Shown one piece after another: positions 46,459-55,084 of a stretch of DNA of 59,406 nucleotides; position 1 is the first letter of the stretch; the number at the start of each line of letters is the position of its first letter. The notes below the pieces were generated by a model. It did not search any database. It was not told where the DNA came from and was given only the letters and a program-made list of their open reading frames with translations. Made by a program: the position numbers and the translations under genes. The stretch lies in the NCBI GenBank assembly GCA_964014485.1, contig CAXHAT010000016.1:1-59406 (forward strand). Reading direction: 5' to 3'. The stretch is from an uncultured Deferribacteres bacterium (GTDB lineage: Bacteria; Zhuqueibacterota; Zhuqueibacteria; Zhuqueibacterales; Geothermadaptataceae).

Positions 46459-47817
46459 ATGAATATACGACAGCGGATTTTTAGTAAAATTATTTTCGCC
46501 GCGTTTTTGCTTGGCGGCGTTTTGAGCGCTCAGGACAAAGACGTGAATTGGCCTTCGTTTCGGGGAAACTACGCTTCCGGCGTTGCTGACGGACAGAACT
46601 TGCCGGACGAGTGGGACGGCGCTTCCGGTAAAAACGTCAAATGGAAAACGCTGATTCCCGGATTGGCGCACTCAAGCCCGATTATCTGGGGTGATAAATT
46701 ATTCATTACAACGGCGGTTAGCGGCAAAGGCAAGGCGGACTTCAGGCACGGCCTTTACGGCGACGGCGACGCTTCGGATGATCGTTCGGTTCACAAATGG
46801 CTGGTCTATTGCTTGAACAAGCGGAACGGCGAAGTTTTGTGGAAGAGCCTTGCTCATGAAGGCAAGCCCGTCGATAAACGTCACATCAAATCGACCTATG
46901 CCAATTCCACGCCTGCAACCGACGGCAAGTACGTCGTCGCGTTTTTCGGCTCCCAGGGCGTTTTTGCGTTTGATATGGACGGACGGCTTTTGTGGAGCAA
47001 GGATGTTGGACGCCTGGACGTCGGAGCCTACGATGCGCCGACTTACGAATGGGGGCCTGCCAGCTCTCCGATTATTCACAACGGTCTGGTGTACGTACAA
47101 TGCGACACGCAAAATGAAGATTTCCTTTTGGCGCTTGATGCAAAAACCGGCGAGACCGTTTGGAAAGCGACGCGCGACGAAGACCCGACCTGGGGCACGC
47201 CGACCATTTTTCCAGACGAGAATCGCGAGCAGCTTTTAACCAACGGTTCGAACTTCATTCGCAGCTACAACCCCAAGACCGGCGATGAATTGTGGCGGCT
47301 TGGCGGCAGTTCAAAAATTACCGCCCCAACCCCGATTTTCAAGGATGATATTCTGGTTGTCGCCAGCGGACGCCGCCCGGAAAAACCAATTTTTGCCGTT
47401 CGCGCGAGCGCATCCGGCGATATAACCTTGGCGGAAGGCGAAAATTCAAATCAGCATGTTTTGTGGAACAAACGGGGACGCGGTCCCTACATGCCGACCC
47501 CGATTATTTACGGCGATTACCTTTACACTCTGCAAAACCAGGGCGTGCTCGACGCTTATGATCTGAAAACGGGCGAAGAATTTTACCGTCAACGTATTTC
47601 CCACAGCGGCGGCGGTTTTAGCGCCTCGCCGGTTGCCGCTGACGGCAAGCTCTACTTGTCCGGCGAAGACGGCGACGTTTTTGTGGTGAAAGCCGGAAAA
47701 ACTTACGAGCAGGTCGCCAAAAATGATATGGGCGAACGCTTGATGTCCTCTCCCGCATTGTCCGAGGGCGTGTTGTACATTCGCGCGCAAAATCATCTCT
47801 TTGCGATTGGGAAATGA
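46459..47817 (+). CDS. PQQ-binding-like beta-propeller protein (exported)
   Basis: NWPSFRG; SSPII repeats; G...W repeats; signal peptide. Confidence 0.88.
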   Translation: MNIRQRIFSKIIFAAFLLGGVLSAQDKDVNWPSFRGNYASGVADGQNLPDEWDGASGKNVKWKTLIPGLAHSSPIIWGDKLFITTAVSGKGKADFRHGLYGDGDASDDRSVHKWLVYCLNKRNGEVLWKSLAHEGKPVDKRHIKSTYANSTPATDGKYVVAFFGSQGVFAFDMDGRLLWSKDVGRLDVGAYDAPTYEWGPASSPIIHNGLVYVQCDTQNEDFLLALDAKTGETVWKATRDEDPTWGTPTIFPDENREQLLTNGSNFIRSYNPKTGDELWRLGGSSKITAPTPIFKDDILVVASGRRPEKPIFAVRASASGDITLAEGENSNQHVLWNKRGRGPYMPTPIIYGDYLYTLQNQGVLDAYDLKTGEEFYRQRISHSGGGFSASPVAADGKLYLSGEDGDVFVVKAGKTYEQVAKNDMGERLMSSPALSEGVLYIRAQNHLFAIGK

Positions 47818-48542
47818 TTCTCGCCGCACACACGCCGGATTTTTTTCCTGCTCTTGCAGTGTTCCAAAAAATGCTGTCCGCCGACGTTTTTGTATTCGGC
47901 GATGACGTGCAGTTCAGCACGCACGCTCAGACAAACCGCGCGCGCATCAACACGTCCGAAGGTCCGAAATGGCTGACGGTTCCCGTTTTAACCAAAGGAT
48001 TGGGGCCGCAGCCCGTCAAGGACATCCGCATCGCGAACCACATTGATTGGCGCAAGAACCACTGGCGAACGCTTGCCGTCAACTATCAACAATCCGCGTA
48101 TTTTGAAAAGTTTGACCTTTACCTCGAACAAATTTACCGAAAAGAATGGCGTTTCCTGATCGATCTCAATTTTGAGTTGTTGGAATTTGCCCGCCGCGAG
48201 TTGGAGATCGATATTCAAAATCGATTAAGCTCAGAAATATCTCCGGGCGGTTCCGGCACTCCGAAAATCCTTCAAATAGCAAGAAAATTGAAATGCAAAA
48301 CCTACCTTTGTGAAGCCGATAGTTTGCGTTTTCTGGACAGCGCGATGTTCTTGCGAGAAAACATGCGTCTGCAATCGTCGGAGTTTCGGGTTCCACAATA
48401 CCACCAGCAGTTCGGCGGCTTTCAACCGGGTTTGTCAATTCTTGATTTGCTGCTGAACGAAGGCGAAGTTTCAAGGAAATTGCTTGAGCACGGGATCATT
48501 GTTGCTGATCGTCATTCAAAAATTACAGAGGAATCTCGTTGA
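47814..48542 (+). CDS. WbqC-family protein
   Basis: Motifs DDVQF, NRARI, WLTVPV, YHQ and [11 protein letters not shown]. Confidence 0.88.
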   Translation: MILAAHTPDFFPALAVFQKMLSADVFVFGDDVQFSTHAQTNRARINTSEGPKWLTVPVLTKGLGPQPVKDIRIANHIDWRKNHWRTLAVNYQQSAYFEKFDLYLEQIYRKEWRFLIDLNFELLEFARRELEIDIQNRLSSEISPGGSGTPKILQIARKLKCKTYLCEADSLRFLDSAMFLRENMRLQSSEFRVPQYHQQFGGFQPGLSILDLLLNEGEVSRKLLEHGIIVADRHSKITEESR

Positions 48543-49348
48543 AAAAAATCTTCCATGAATTGCTCGACTTTGCCGTTGAAACGGCTCACGAAGCCGGAAA
48601 AATTACTTTGAAATATTTTCGGGCGGGCGTGCAGGCGGAGTTTAAGACGGACGATACGCCGATAACGATTGCCGATCATGAAGCGGAGAAGGCAATTCGA
48701 GCGCGAATAGAAAAAAAATACCCGACCCATGCCATTTGCGGTGAAGAGTTTGGCGACGCCGGAGATGAAAAGGCCAGCCATCGTTGGTTCATCGATCCGA
48801 TTGACGGCACAAAAGTGTTTATGCGCGGCGTACCGCTTTACGGCGTTTTGATAGGCTTGGAAATTGAAGGAAGAGTCGAAGTCGGCGCGGCATATTTCCC
48901 CGCTCTGGATGAAATGGTTTACGCGGCGACCGGAACCGGCTGTTTCTGGAACGGCCGTCCGGCGCAGGTTTCACAAACCCAGACCATTGACCGCGCTTTT
49001 GTCTCTTTTACGGATCCTGGAACTTTTGAAGAATTTGACAGGGGGGAAGAATGGGCTCGCATTCAGAAAGCGGTTTATCATCGCGTCGGCTGGTCAGACG
49101 CCTACGGGCACGCGTTGGTCGCCATTGGCGCAACGGACGTCATGCTCGATCCAATCATGAATCCTTGGGACTGCGGCCCGTTCCCCGTGATCTTGCGCGA
49201 AGCGGGCGGCTACTTCGGTGATTGGTGTGGAAACGAGACAATTTATGCAAGCGAGGCCTTGAGCACGACGCGCCGACTTTTGCCGGATGTTTTGCGAGTC
49301 CTTGACGGAAACATGAATGCTTCAAGCGACCGCGCTAATATAAAATGA
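48539..49348 (+). CDS. hisN: Inositol monophosphatase family; probable histidinol-phosphatase
   Basis: Motifs GEEFG, WFIDPIDGT and MNPWD; ADHEAE. Confidence 0.75.
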   Translation: MKKIFHELLDFAVETAHEAGKITLKYFRAGVQAEFKTDDTPITIADHEAEKAIRARIEKKYPTHAICGEEFGDAGDEKASHRWFIDPIDGTKVFMRGVPLYGVLIGLEIEGRVEVGAAYFPALDEMVYAATGTGCFWNGRPAQVSQTQTIDRAFVSFTDPGTFEEFDRGEEWARIQKAVYHRVGWSDAYGHALVAIGATDVMLDPIMNPWDCGPFPVILREAGGYFGDWCGNETIYASEALSTTRRLLPDVLRVLDGNMNASSDRANIK

Positions 49349-49350
49349 AA

Positions 49351-49398
49351 AACCCTTCGCCTAAAACTGAGATCAAACTCAGTTTTGAGCGAAGGGTT
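49351..49398. terminator. Hairpin between convergent genes
   Basis: AACCCTTCGC..AAAACTGAG / CTCAGTTTT..GCGAAGGGTT. Confidence 0.7.
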
Positions 49399-49441
49399 GT
49401 CAACAGGGCGGGGTAAGACGATTGTCTCAGATAACCGAGAG

Positions 49442-49708
49442 CTATCCGGCGTTTCCGTCGTGGGCTGGAACTTTAGCCAGGATTTCACGAAATCGTCCCG
49501 CTACGGCTTCGCCGTCTGAATTTGCCGATTCGTTCGCGGCCTTGTTTTCCTGGACGATTCGGTCGTAAATCTCGCCGCGATAAACGCTCACATCCGGGGG
49601 AGCTTCGATGCCCACGCGGATTTGTTTGCCGTGAATGTCAACAATCTTAATGACAATGTCGTCGCCGATCACAATTGTCTCGCCCAACCTCCGTGTCAGG
49701 ACCAGCAT
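49442..49708 (-). CDS. csrA: Carbon storage regulator CsrA (long, FliW-associated type)
   Basis: [36 protein letters not shown]. Confidence 0.95.
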   Translation of the reverse strand: MLVLTRRLGETIVIGDDIVIKIVDIHGKQIRVGIEAPPDVSVYRGEIYDRIVQENKAANESANSDGEAVAGRFREILAKVPAHDGNAG

Positions 49709-49729
49709 AGGTATTCCCTCTCTCGTTTC

Positions 49730-50206
49730 TTATTCAGCTCTGAGGATCCGGTGCTTTGTCGAATAGCTATCATCAAGAAGTACCAACTGCTTTCCGAGTT
49801 TTTTCGCCGCGTTCAGAAGAATGGGCCCGCTCAGATTGGAAGTGGATTGATATATATCCTGCTTAAGAGTTACTATAACATACATTTTTGGTCTTTGCGG
49901 ATGCTCAATCTCAAGCTCTTTTAAATCGCGTCGGGAGACGTTCGGCTTGTAAGACGGCAAAAATATGGAGGGATCCGCAAGCAAAAAATCAACATCGGGG
50001 TCGTCGATGCTGATCATCCAGATAAAAGGCAAGTAACTCTCTCTCTCAACCAGAATATAGCGCTTCTTCTTATCAAAACCAAGAATGCCCTGGGCAAAAA
50101 AAATTATATCTTCTTCATTATATTGAATAGTCCCCAATTTTTTGTGTGACAACTCAAAGTCTTTTTTTGCTTCAAAGGAATGCGCTTTGAGAACTGATGA
50201 ACTCAT
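49730..50206 (-). CDS. fliW: Flagellar assembly factor FliW
   Basis: IIFFAQGILGF, PFIWMIS and TSNLSGPILLN..GKQLVL; AGGAG RBS before the ATG at 50206; adjacent to csrA. Confidence 0.88.
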   Translation of the reverse strand: MSSSVLKAHSFEAKKDFELSHKKLGTIQYNEEDIIFFAQGILGFDKKKRYILVERESYLPFIWMISIDDPDVDFLLADPSIFLPSYKPNVSRRDLKELEIEHPQRPKMYVIVTLKQDIYQSTSNLSGPILLNAAKKLGKQLVLLDDSYSTKHRILRAE

Positions 50207-50460
50207 TTTTTCTCCTAAATCAACAAGCTCTACGACGCTGTCAGGCGTAGAGTGGAATGCGGCTGCGACATAAACATGCAACTCCTCTGATCAATGCCGG
50301 GCAAAGAAAAGAAAGTTCGCTTGTATGTGCAAGAAGTATAAAACCAAAAAAACGCGATAAATTGTACAGAATCAGGCGTCTTCAGCGAGAAACGTACAAA
50401 CTTTGAGCTACGAAAACAAAGAGAATGTGAACATGTTGTCAAAAAAACTGAGGACGACGC

Positions 50461-50685
50461 TTATCGATTAAGTTCACGGATTCTTTGCGGACGACGGGCA
50501 AAGAAATAGATCAACGCGCCAATGAAATGCGTGAGCAAAATAACCAATATCCAAACGATCTTGTCATTGCCCTCGCTGGATTCTTTCGTGGCGCAATCCA
50601 CGATCATCCAAATCCAAAAAATCGTGCCTATAAAGCCGATTCCCAATACTGTCAGCACAATTGAAAACTCTGCTAAACCTGCCAT
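50461..50685 (-). CDS. Small PLDc_N-domain membrane protein
   Basis: FWIWMIVDC..KIVWILVILLTHFIGALIYFF; GGAGG RBS. Confidence 0.85.
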   Translation of the reverse strand: MAGLAEFSIVLTVLGIGFIGTIFWIWMIVDCATKESSEGNDKIVWILVILLTHFIGALIYFFARRPQRIRELNR

Positions 50686-50705
50686 TTTCGCCCTCCATTC
50701 TTTTT

Positions 50706-52859
50706 TTACTCGACGACAATTTCGTCAAGAAAAATCCACGCTTTGCCGCCCGCCCCGTGATGCCATTCCGGGCACAATCCGATGTTTGTGACTTTCACTC
50801 TGATGAATCGCGCCTCGGTTTTGTCAAAAGTAAGCACAAAATTCTTGTGCGAAGCTTCCGAGCCTTCCGTCGGATAGGTGATTTCCTGTTTCGCAATCGC
50901 GGAAAACGCTTCGCCGTCAACAGACGCTTCCACCTCAATCGCCGTCGGATAAAAAATCCATGCGTCCATGTCTTCCAGGCAGCCAACGAAAACGGATTGC
51001 ACCGAATCAACTTCGCCCAAATCGAGCGTCGCAATGCAGTCGTCGCGCTCGAAACCGAGCCATTTGCCGTCACGGAAATTCTGTGTGCCCTTGGCCTTGT
51101 CGATCAATGATTTTGGGCCGTCGCCGGGATATTTCTCGCTGGCTTGAATTTGCAACACGGCGTCTGCAATTTGGCGCGGCGCAAAAATAAACTCCGCTCG
51201 CACCGGTTCACTTGTTTCCCAGCCTTCTTTTAAAGCAATCGCCGTCAACACAGTAGATTTTTCAATGAGCAATGGTTCCGCATAAATAAGAGAAGAATCC
51301 GTCGGCGCGGCGCCGTCCAGCGTATAGCGAATTTCGACGTCCTGGAATCCTCCCGTGATCGAAACTTCTTCCGGTTCGGATAAAATCGTATTCTCAAAAT
51401 TGATTTGCGGTCTGGAAAGCTTGCTGCCGCCAAGCAGCAGGGAATCGCTCGCTTTGAATCCGAGATTCACTTCAAGATCGGCAATTTCGCCCTGCAAAGC
51501 TTCCGCGCCTTCCTCGGTAACGTCGGTTTCCCAGAGATAGAGTTTTTGCAAAGTGGATAATTCCGACAATTGCGCCAAGCCGGAATCCGTCACCGCCGTG
51601 CCGTAGAGGTTGAGATATTCAAGCTTTTCGAGCGGTTTCAGGTAAGCCAAACCAGCGTCGGTGATGTCAGTGTTTTCGAGATGAAGTCTGGTGAGATTTT
51701 TCAAACCGCCGATATTTTGCAAATGTGCGTTAGCAATTTCAGTATTGCCGAGATCAAGCCATGTTAATTGCTGAGAAATCGGCGCTAAATTTTGCAGTGC
51801 ATTGTCATAGGCGGAATCCTGGACAGCCGTAAAGCTTGCCTGCAAAAATCCTGTGTTTTGGGCGATGGGCGAGATGGAAACTCCGAGCGCTTTCAGAGAA
51901 GCAAGGTCGTTTTCACTGACCGGAGAAACTTCGAGGTCAAAAATCGATTTTTTCGGCGGAGGCGGGGTCGCTTTTTGTACCAGGAAGCTTTGCACATCGT
52001 CCGGCGGATTCGACGAGGCAACCGTCGCATTGAACGAAGCGCCGCTACTGATCCACCATTCGATCAGCCTGGTTTCTTCGGCGGTCAGTTGCTTTTTGCC
52101 TTCCGGCGGCATACGTTCGTCGTCGTCTTCCGGAAGTGTTATCCGAACAAAAAGTTCACTTTCGTCGGCTTTAGAAGGAACAATCACTTCTCCGTTATCG
52201 CCGCCTGCAAGAATTCCAGCCTGCGTCGCCAGAAGCAATCCGCCACGCTGTTTTTCCAGATTGTGGCAGCTCAAACATTTGGCTTCAAAAACAGGCTGAA
52301 TGAAATCAGTAAAAACAACGGCGTCGTCCACTTTGACGATTGCTTTTGGTTCCGCTTTTTCAGCGCGTTCCGGCAGTCCCAGAACCGTCCGCATTTCCCC
52401 GGGCATGTAGCGGGTCAAATAATCCGAGCCGTGCGTTAGCGAGCCGCCAAAATGCGCGCCGACCGCCAATGTACCGAGCGCCATCAGAAAGACAACCCAA
52501 TACATTTGCCCGTATCGCGCCCGTCCGGTTTTCACGCGTTTGCGTTTGAAAAAGGTCGCGAAGAAAGCCAGAACGGTCGTGCCGACGCCGAGCCACTGGT
52601 GCCAAAAGAGCGTGTCTTCGTCATAGCCGCCGTCAAGACTGAGCAAAAAGCCGCATACCGCTGAGACAATCGCGCTCAAAACGCCCAAAACCAGCACGAA
52701 CGACACCGACGCCCGCAGATGCGCCAATCGCCGAAAGCGCGAAAAAATCTCCAGCAAAAACGCCAGCAGTAAAAATCCAATCGGCAGGTGCAAAATCATT
52801 GGATGAAACCTGCCGATGAACATGGTCAGGTCATTGGGTTGTAATTGAAGGAATTCCAT
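50706..52859 (-). CDS. DUF2231-like membrane domain + planctomycete cytochrome c + LRR + FN3-associated + discoidin-like domain
   Basis: GRFHPMILHLPIG; CLSCH..MPP; LxxLxLxxT repeats; IRYTLDG. Confidence 0.85.
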   Translation of the reverse strand: MEFLQLQPNDLTMFIGRFHPMILHLPIGFLLLAFLLEIFSRFRRLAHLRASVSFVLVLGVLSAIVSAVCGFLLSLDGGYDEDTLFWHQWLGVGTTVLAFFATFFKRKRVKTGRARYGQMYWVVFLMALGTLAVGAHFGGSLTHGSDYLTRYMPGEMRTVLGLPERAEKAEPKAIVKVDDAVVFTDFIQPVFEAKCLSCHNLEKQRGGLLLATQAGILAGGDNGEVIVPSKADESELFVRITLPEDDDERMPPEGKKQLTAEETRLIEWWISSGASFNATVASSNPPDDVQSFLVQKATPPPPKKSIFDLEVSPVSENDLASLKALGVSISPIAQNTGFLQASFTAVQDSAYDNALQNLAPISQQLTWLDLGNTEIANAHLQNIGGLKNLTRLHLENTDITDAGLAYLKPLEKLEYLNLYGTAVTDSGLAQLSELSTLQKLYLWETDVTEEGAEALQGEIADLEVNLGFKASDSLLLGGSKLSRPQINFENTILSEPEEVSITGGFQDVEIRYTLDGAAPTDSSLIYAEPLLIEKSTVLTAIALKEGWETSEPVRAEFIFAPRQIADAVLQIQASEKYPGDGPKSLIDKAKGTQNFRDGKWLGFERDDCIATLDLGEVDSVQSVFVGCLEDMDAWIFYPTAIEVEASVDGEAFSAIAKQEITYPTEGSEASHKNFVLTFDKTEARFIRVKVTNIGLCPEWHHGAGGKAWIFLDEIVVE

Positions 52860-52875
52860 GGTGAATCATTGATCT

Positions 52876-53484
52876 TCAGTTTGATTCCGTTTTCTCGGCA
52901 TTCTCAGATTTCTGATTATCCGAGGAAGACGTTTTAAACAATTTTTGAATTAAGTCCCCCAACCATCCGACAACGTCGCGCATTCCAAAGCCAACCAAGG
53001 CTCCTGTGCCGAACGAAGCAAAATTCGTTGCCGGGGTTATTTCCGCACTCGCTCCGCCGAAAGGGGACAAGCCGCCGCGAATAAGCGCGAGAACAATCAG
53101 CGCGAGCGCAGCGCCCTCCCAAGGAGCTGTGACGTACTTGCCGATCCAGCGAGGGTGATAGGTGTATGTTTTGCAATAATGTCGAAATAGCGCGCGGATT
53201 TGATAAAGGATGCTGCCAAAAATGCCCGCAATGATCGTGAAGCCAATCGTCCTGAGCGCCGGCGATTCAAATATTTTTTCAGGCAAACCGAAAAAGCGCA
53301 GATGGTTAAAAGTTGCGCTCCAAACGTCGATCAGCAGCCAAAAAGAAAAGAACAACAACGCCAGATAGTAGAGTATCAAAAAGAAAACATGCTTCGAATA
53401 TTGTTTATGGTAAGCTTCTTTTTCGGTGCGATTCATCGTATTGGCGTCACTTTTGGGGTTGTTCCTGGAATCGTCCGTTGCCAT
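52876..53484 (-). CDS. Hypothetical membrane protein (about 4 TM)
   Basis: GGGAGG RBS; four hydrophobic segments; lies inside the operon. Confidence 0.75.
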   Translation of the reverse strand: MATDDSRNNPKSDANTMNRTEKEAYHKQYSKHVFFLILYYLALLFFSFWLLIDVWSATFNHLRFFGLPEKIFESPALRTIGFTIIAGIFGSILYQIRALFRHYCKTYTYHPRWIGKYVTAPWEGAALALIVLALIRGGLSPFGGASAEITPATNFASFGTGALVGFGMRDVVGWLGDLIQKLFKTSSSDNQKSENAEKTESN

Positions 53485-53494
53485 AGCGCCTCCC

Positions 53495-54979
53495 TTAAGC
53501 CAAAATATTCTTTACGACATGTCCATGCACGTCGGTTAAACGGAATTCGCGGCCCTGAAAATGATATGTCAAACGCTCGTGATCCAAGCCGAGCAAGTGC
53601 AGCATCGTCGCTTGCAAATCGTGAACGTGGACGCGCTCCTTGGTCGGAAAATAGCCAAGATCGTCGGTTTCGCCGTAGGTAAATCCCTGTTTGAGTCCGC
53701 CGCCCGCCATGAAAATAGTAAACGCCTCGGTGTGGTGGTCACGCCCTTCGTACTGCATGGTTTTGCCGCCGCGATTCTCGCGCATTGGCGTGCGGCCAAA
53801 CTCACCGCCCCAAACCACGAGCGTATTTTCCAGCAAACCACGCTGTTTTAAATCATTGATCAACGCCCATGTCGCTTTGTCCGTTTCCTTGCAGCGATCC
53901 AGAAAACCGTGCCCCAGCGCTTCGTTTTTTGTAGCGCCATGCGAGTCCCAGCCCCAATGAAAAAGCTGCACAAAACGTACGCCGCGTTCGACCAGGCGAC
54001 GCGCCAACAAGCAATTGTTCGCGTAGCTTTCCGCGCCCGGCTCGACGCCGTACATTTGCTTAATGTACTCTGGCTCATCATGGATGTCCATCGCTTCAGG
54101 CACGGACATTTGCATTTTGAAAGCCATTTCATATTGCGAAATGCGCGACAAGATTTCCGGATCGCCGATTTCCTCGTAGGATTTTTGGTTGATCTCATTG
54201 ATCGCGTCGATGGAGCGACGGCGCAAATCGCGCGACACGCCCTTTGGATCGGAAGCGTAGAGCACGGGATCGCCTTTGGAACGGCATTGCACGCCCTGGT
54301 AAACCGTCGGCAGGAAACCGCTGCCCCAGACACTTTTACCCGCGCTGGGCGTGATGCCGCCGGAAACGAGCACGACGAATCCGGGCAAATTTTCGTTTTC
54401 CGAGCCGAGGCCGTAAGTCACCCACGAACCCATGCTCGGCCTTCCCAAACGCGGCGAGCCGGAATAGAGCAAAAGCTGTGCAGGCGCGTGATTGAACTGG
54501 TCGGTATGCACCGCTTTCAAAAAAGTCAGGTCGTCGACGCTTTTCGAGATGAACGGCAGCTTGTCCGAGACGTAAGCGCCGGACTCGCCGTGCTGCTGAA
54601 ACGTGGCGCGCGGCCCCATCATTTTCGGCGTGCCTTGAATGAAAGCGAAGCGGCGGCCTTCGAGCAATGATTCCGGGCAGTCCAGCCCGTCAAGCTCATG
54701 CAATTTCGGCTTGTAATCAAACAATTCCAACTGAGACGGCGAACCGGCCATGTGCAGATAAATGATATTCTTCACCTTCGGCGCAAAATGCGGCGCTCTC
54801 GGCGCCAGCGGGTGCGCCCCGCCCAAAACGCCCGGAGTTGACGCTTTCGCTCCCGGCAATTTACCGCCGAACATGGAAAGCAAAGCCATGCCGCCGAGTC
54901 CGGTCGTGCAGTCTTTTAAAAAATGCCGACGGGTAACATGGCGCAGTTTCGTCTCACGGGCTTCTTCAAAAATCTTCAT
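53495..54979 (-). CDS. DUF1501 protein (Tat-exported, sulfatase-like fold)
   Basis: Tat motif TRRHFL; MAGSPSQLELFD, LARRLVERGVRFVQ, GEFGRTP and GRDH. Confidence 0.92.
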   Translation of the reverse strand: MKIFEEARETKLRHVTRRHFLKDCTTGLGGMALLSMFGGKLPGAKASTPGVLGGAHPLAPRAPHFAPKVKNIIYLHMAGSPSQLELFDYKPKLHELDGLDCPESLLEGRRFAFIQGTPKMMGPRATFQQHGESGAYVSDKLPFISKSVDDLTFLKAVHTDQFNHAPAQLLLYSGSPRLGRPSMGSWVTYGLGSENENLPGFVVLVSGGITPSAGKSVWGSGFLPTVYQGVQCRSKGDPVLYASDPKGVSRDLRRRSIDAINEINQKSYEEIGDPEILSRISQYEMAFKMQMSVPEAMDIHDEPEYIKQMYGVEPGAESYANNCLLARRLVERGVRFVQLFHWGWDSHGATKNEALGHGFLDRCKETDKATWALINDLKQRGLLENTLVVWGGEFGRTPMRENRGGKTMQYEGRDHHTEAFTIFMAGGGLKQGFTYGETDDLGYFPTKERVHVHDLQATMLHLLGLDHERLTYHFQGREFRLTDVHGHVVKNILA

Positions 54980-55011
54980 CTCAAATTCTCAATCGTAGAA
55001 TGTTAAAACTC

Positions 55012-55078
55012 AACGCGGAGGCGCAAAGAACGCAGAAAAAAAATCCAAAAAACTCTGCGTCTCGGCGCACTCTGCGTT
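55012..55078. repeat. AACGCAGAG..CTCTGCGTT-type intergenic palindromic repeat
   Basis: AACGCGGAGGCGCAAAGAACGCAGA ... CTCTGCGTCTCGGCGCACTCTGCGTT. Confidence 0.6.
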
Positions 55079-55084
55079 AAAAAA

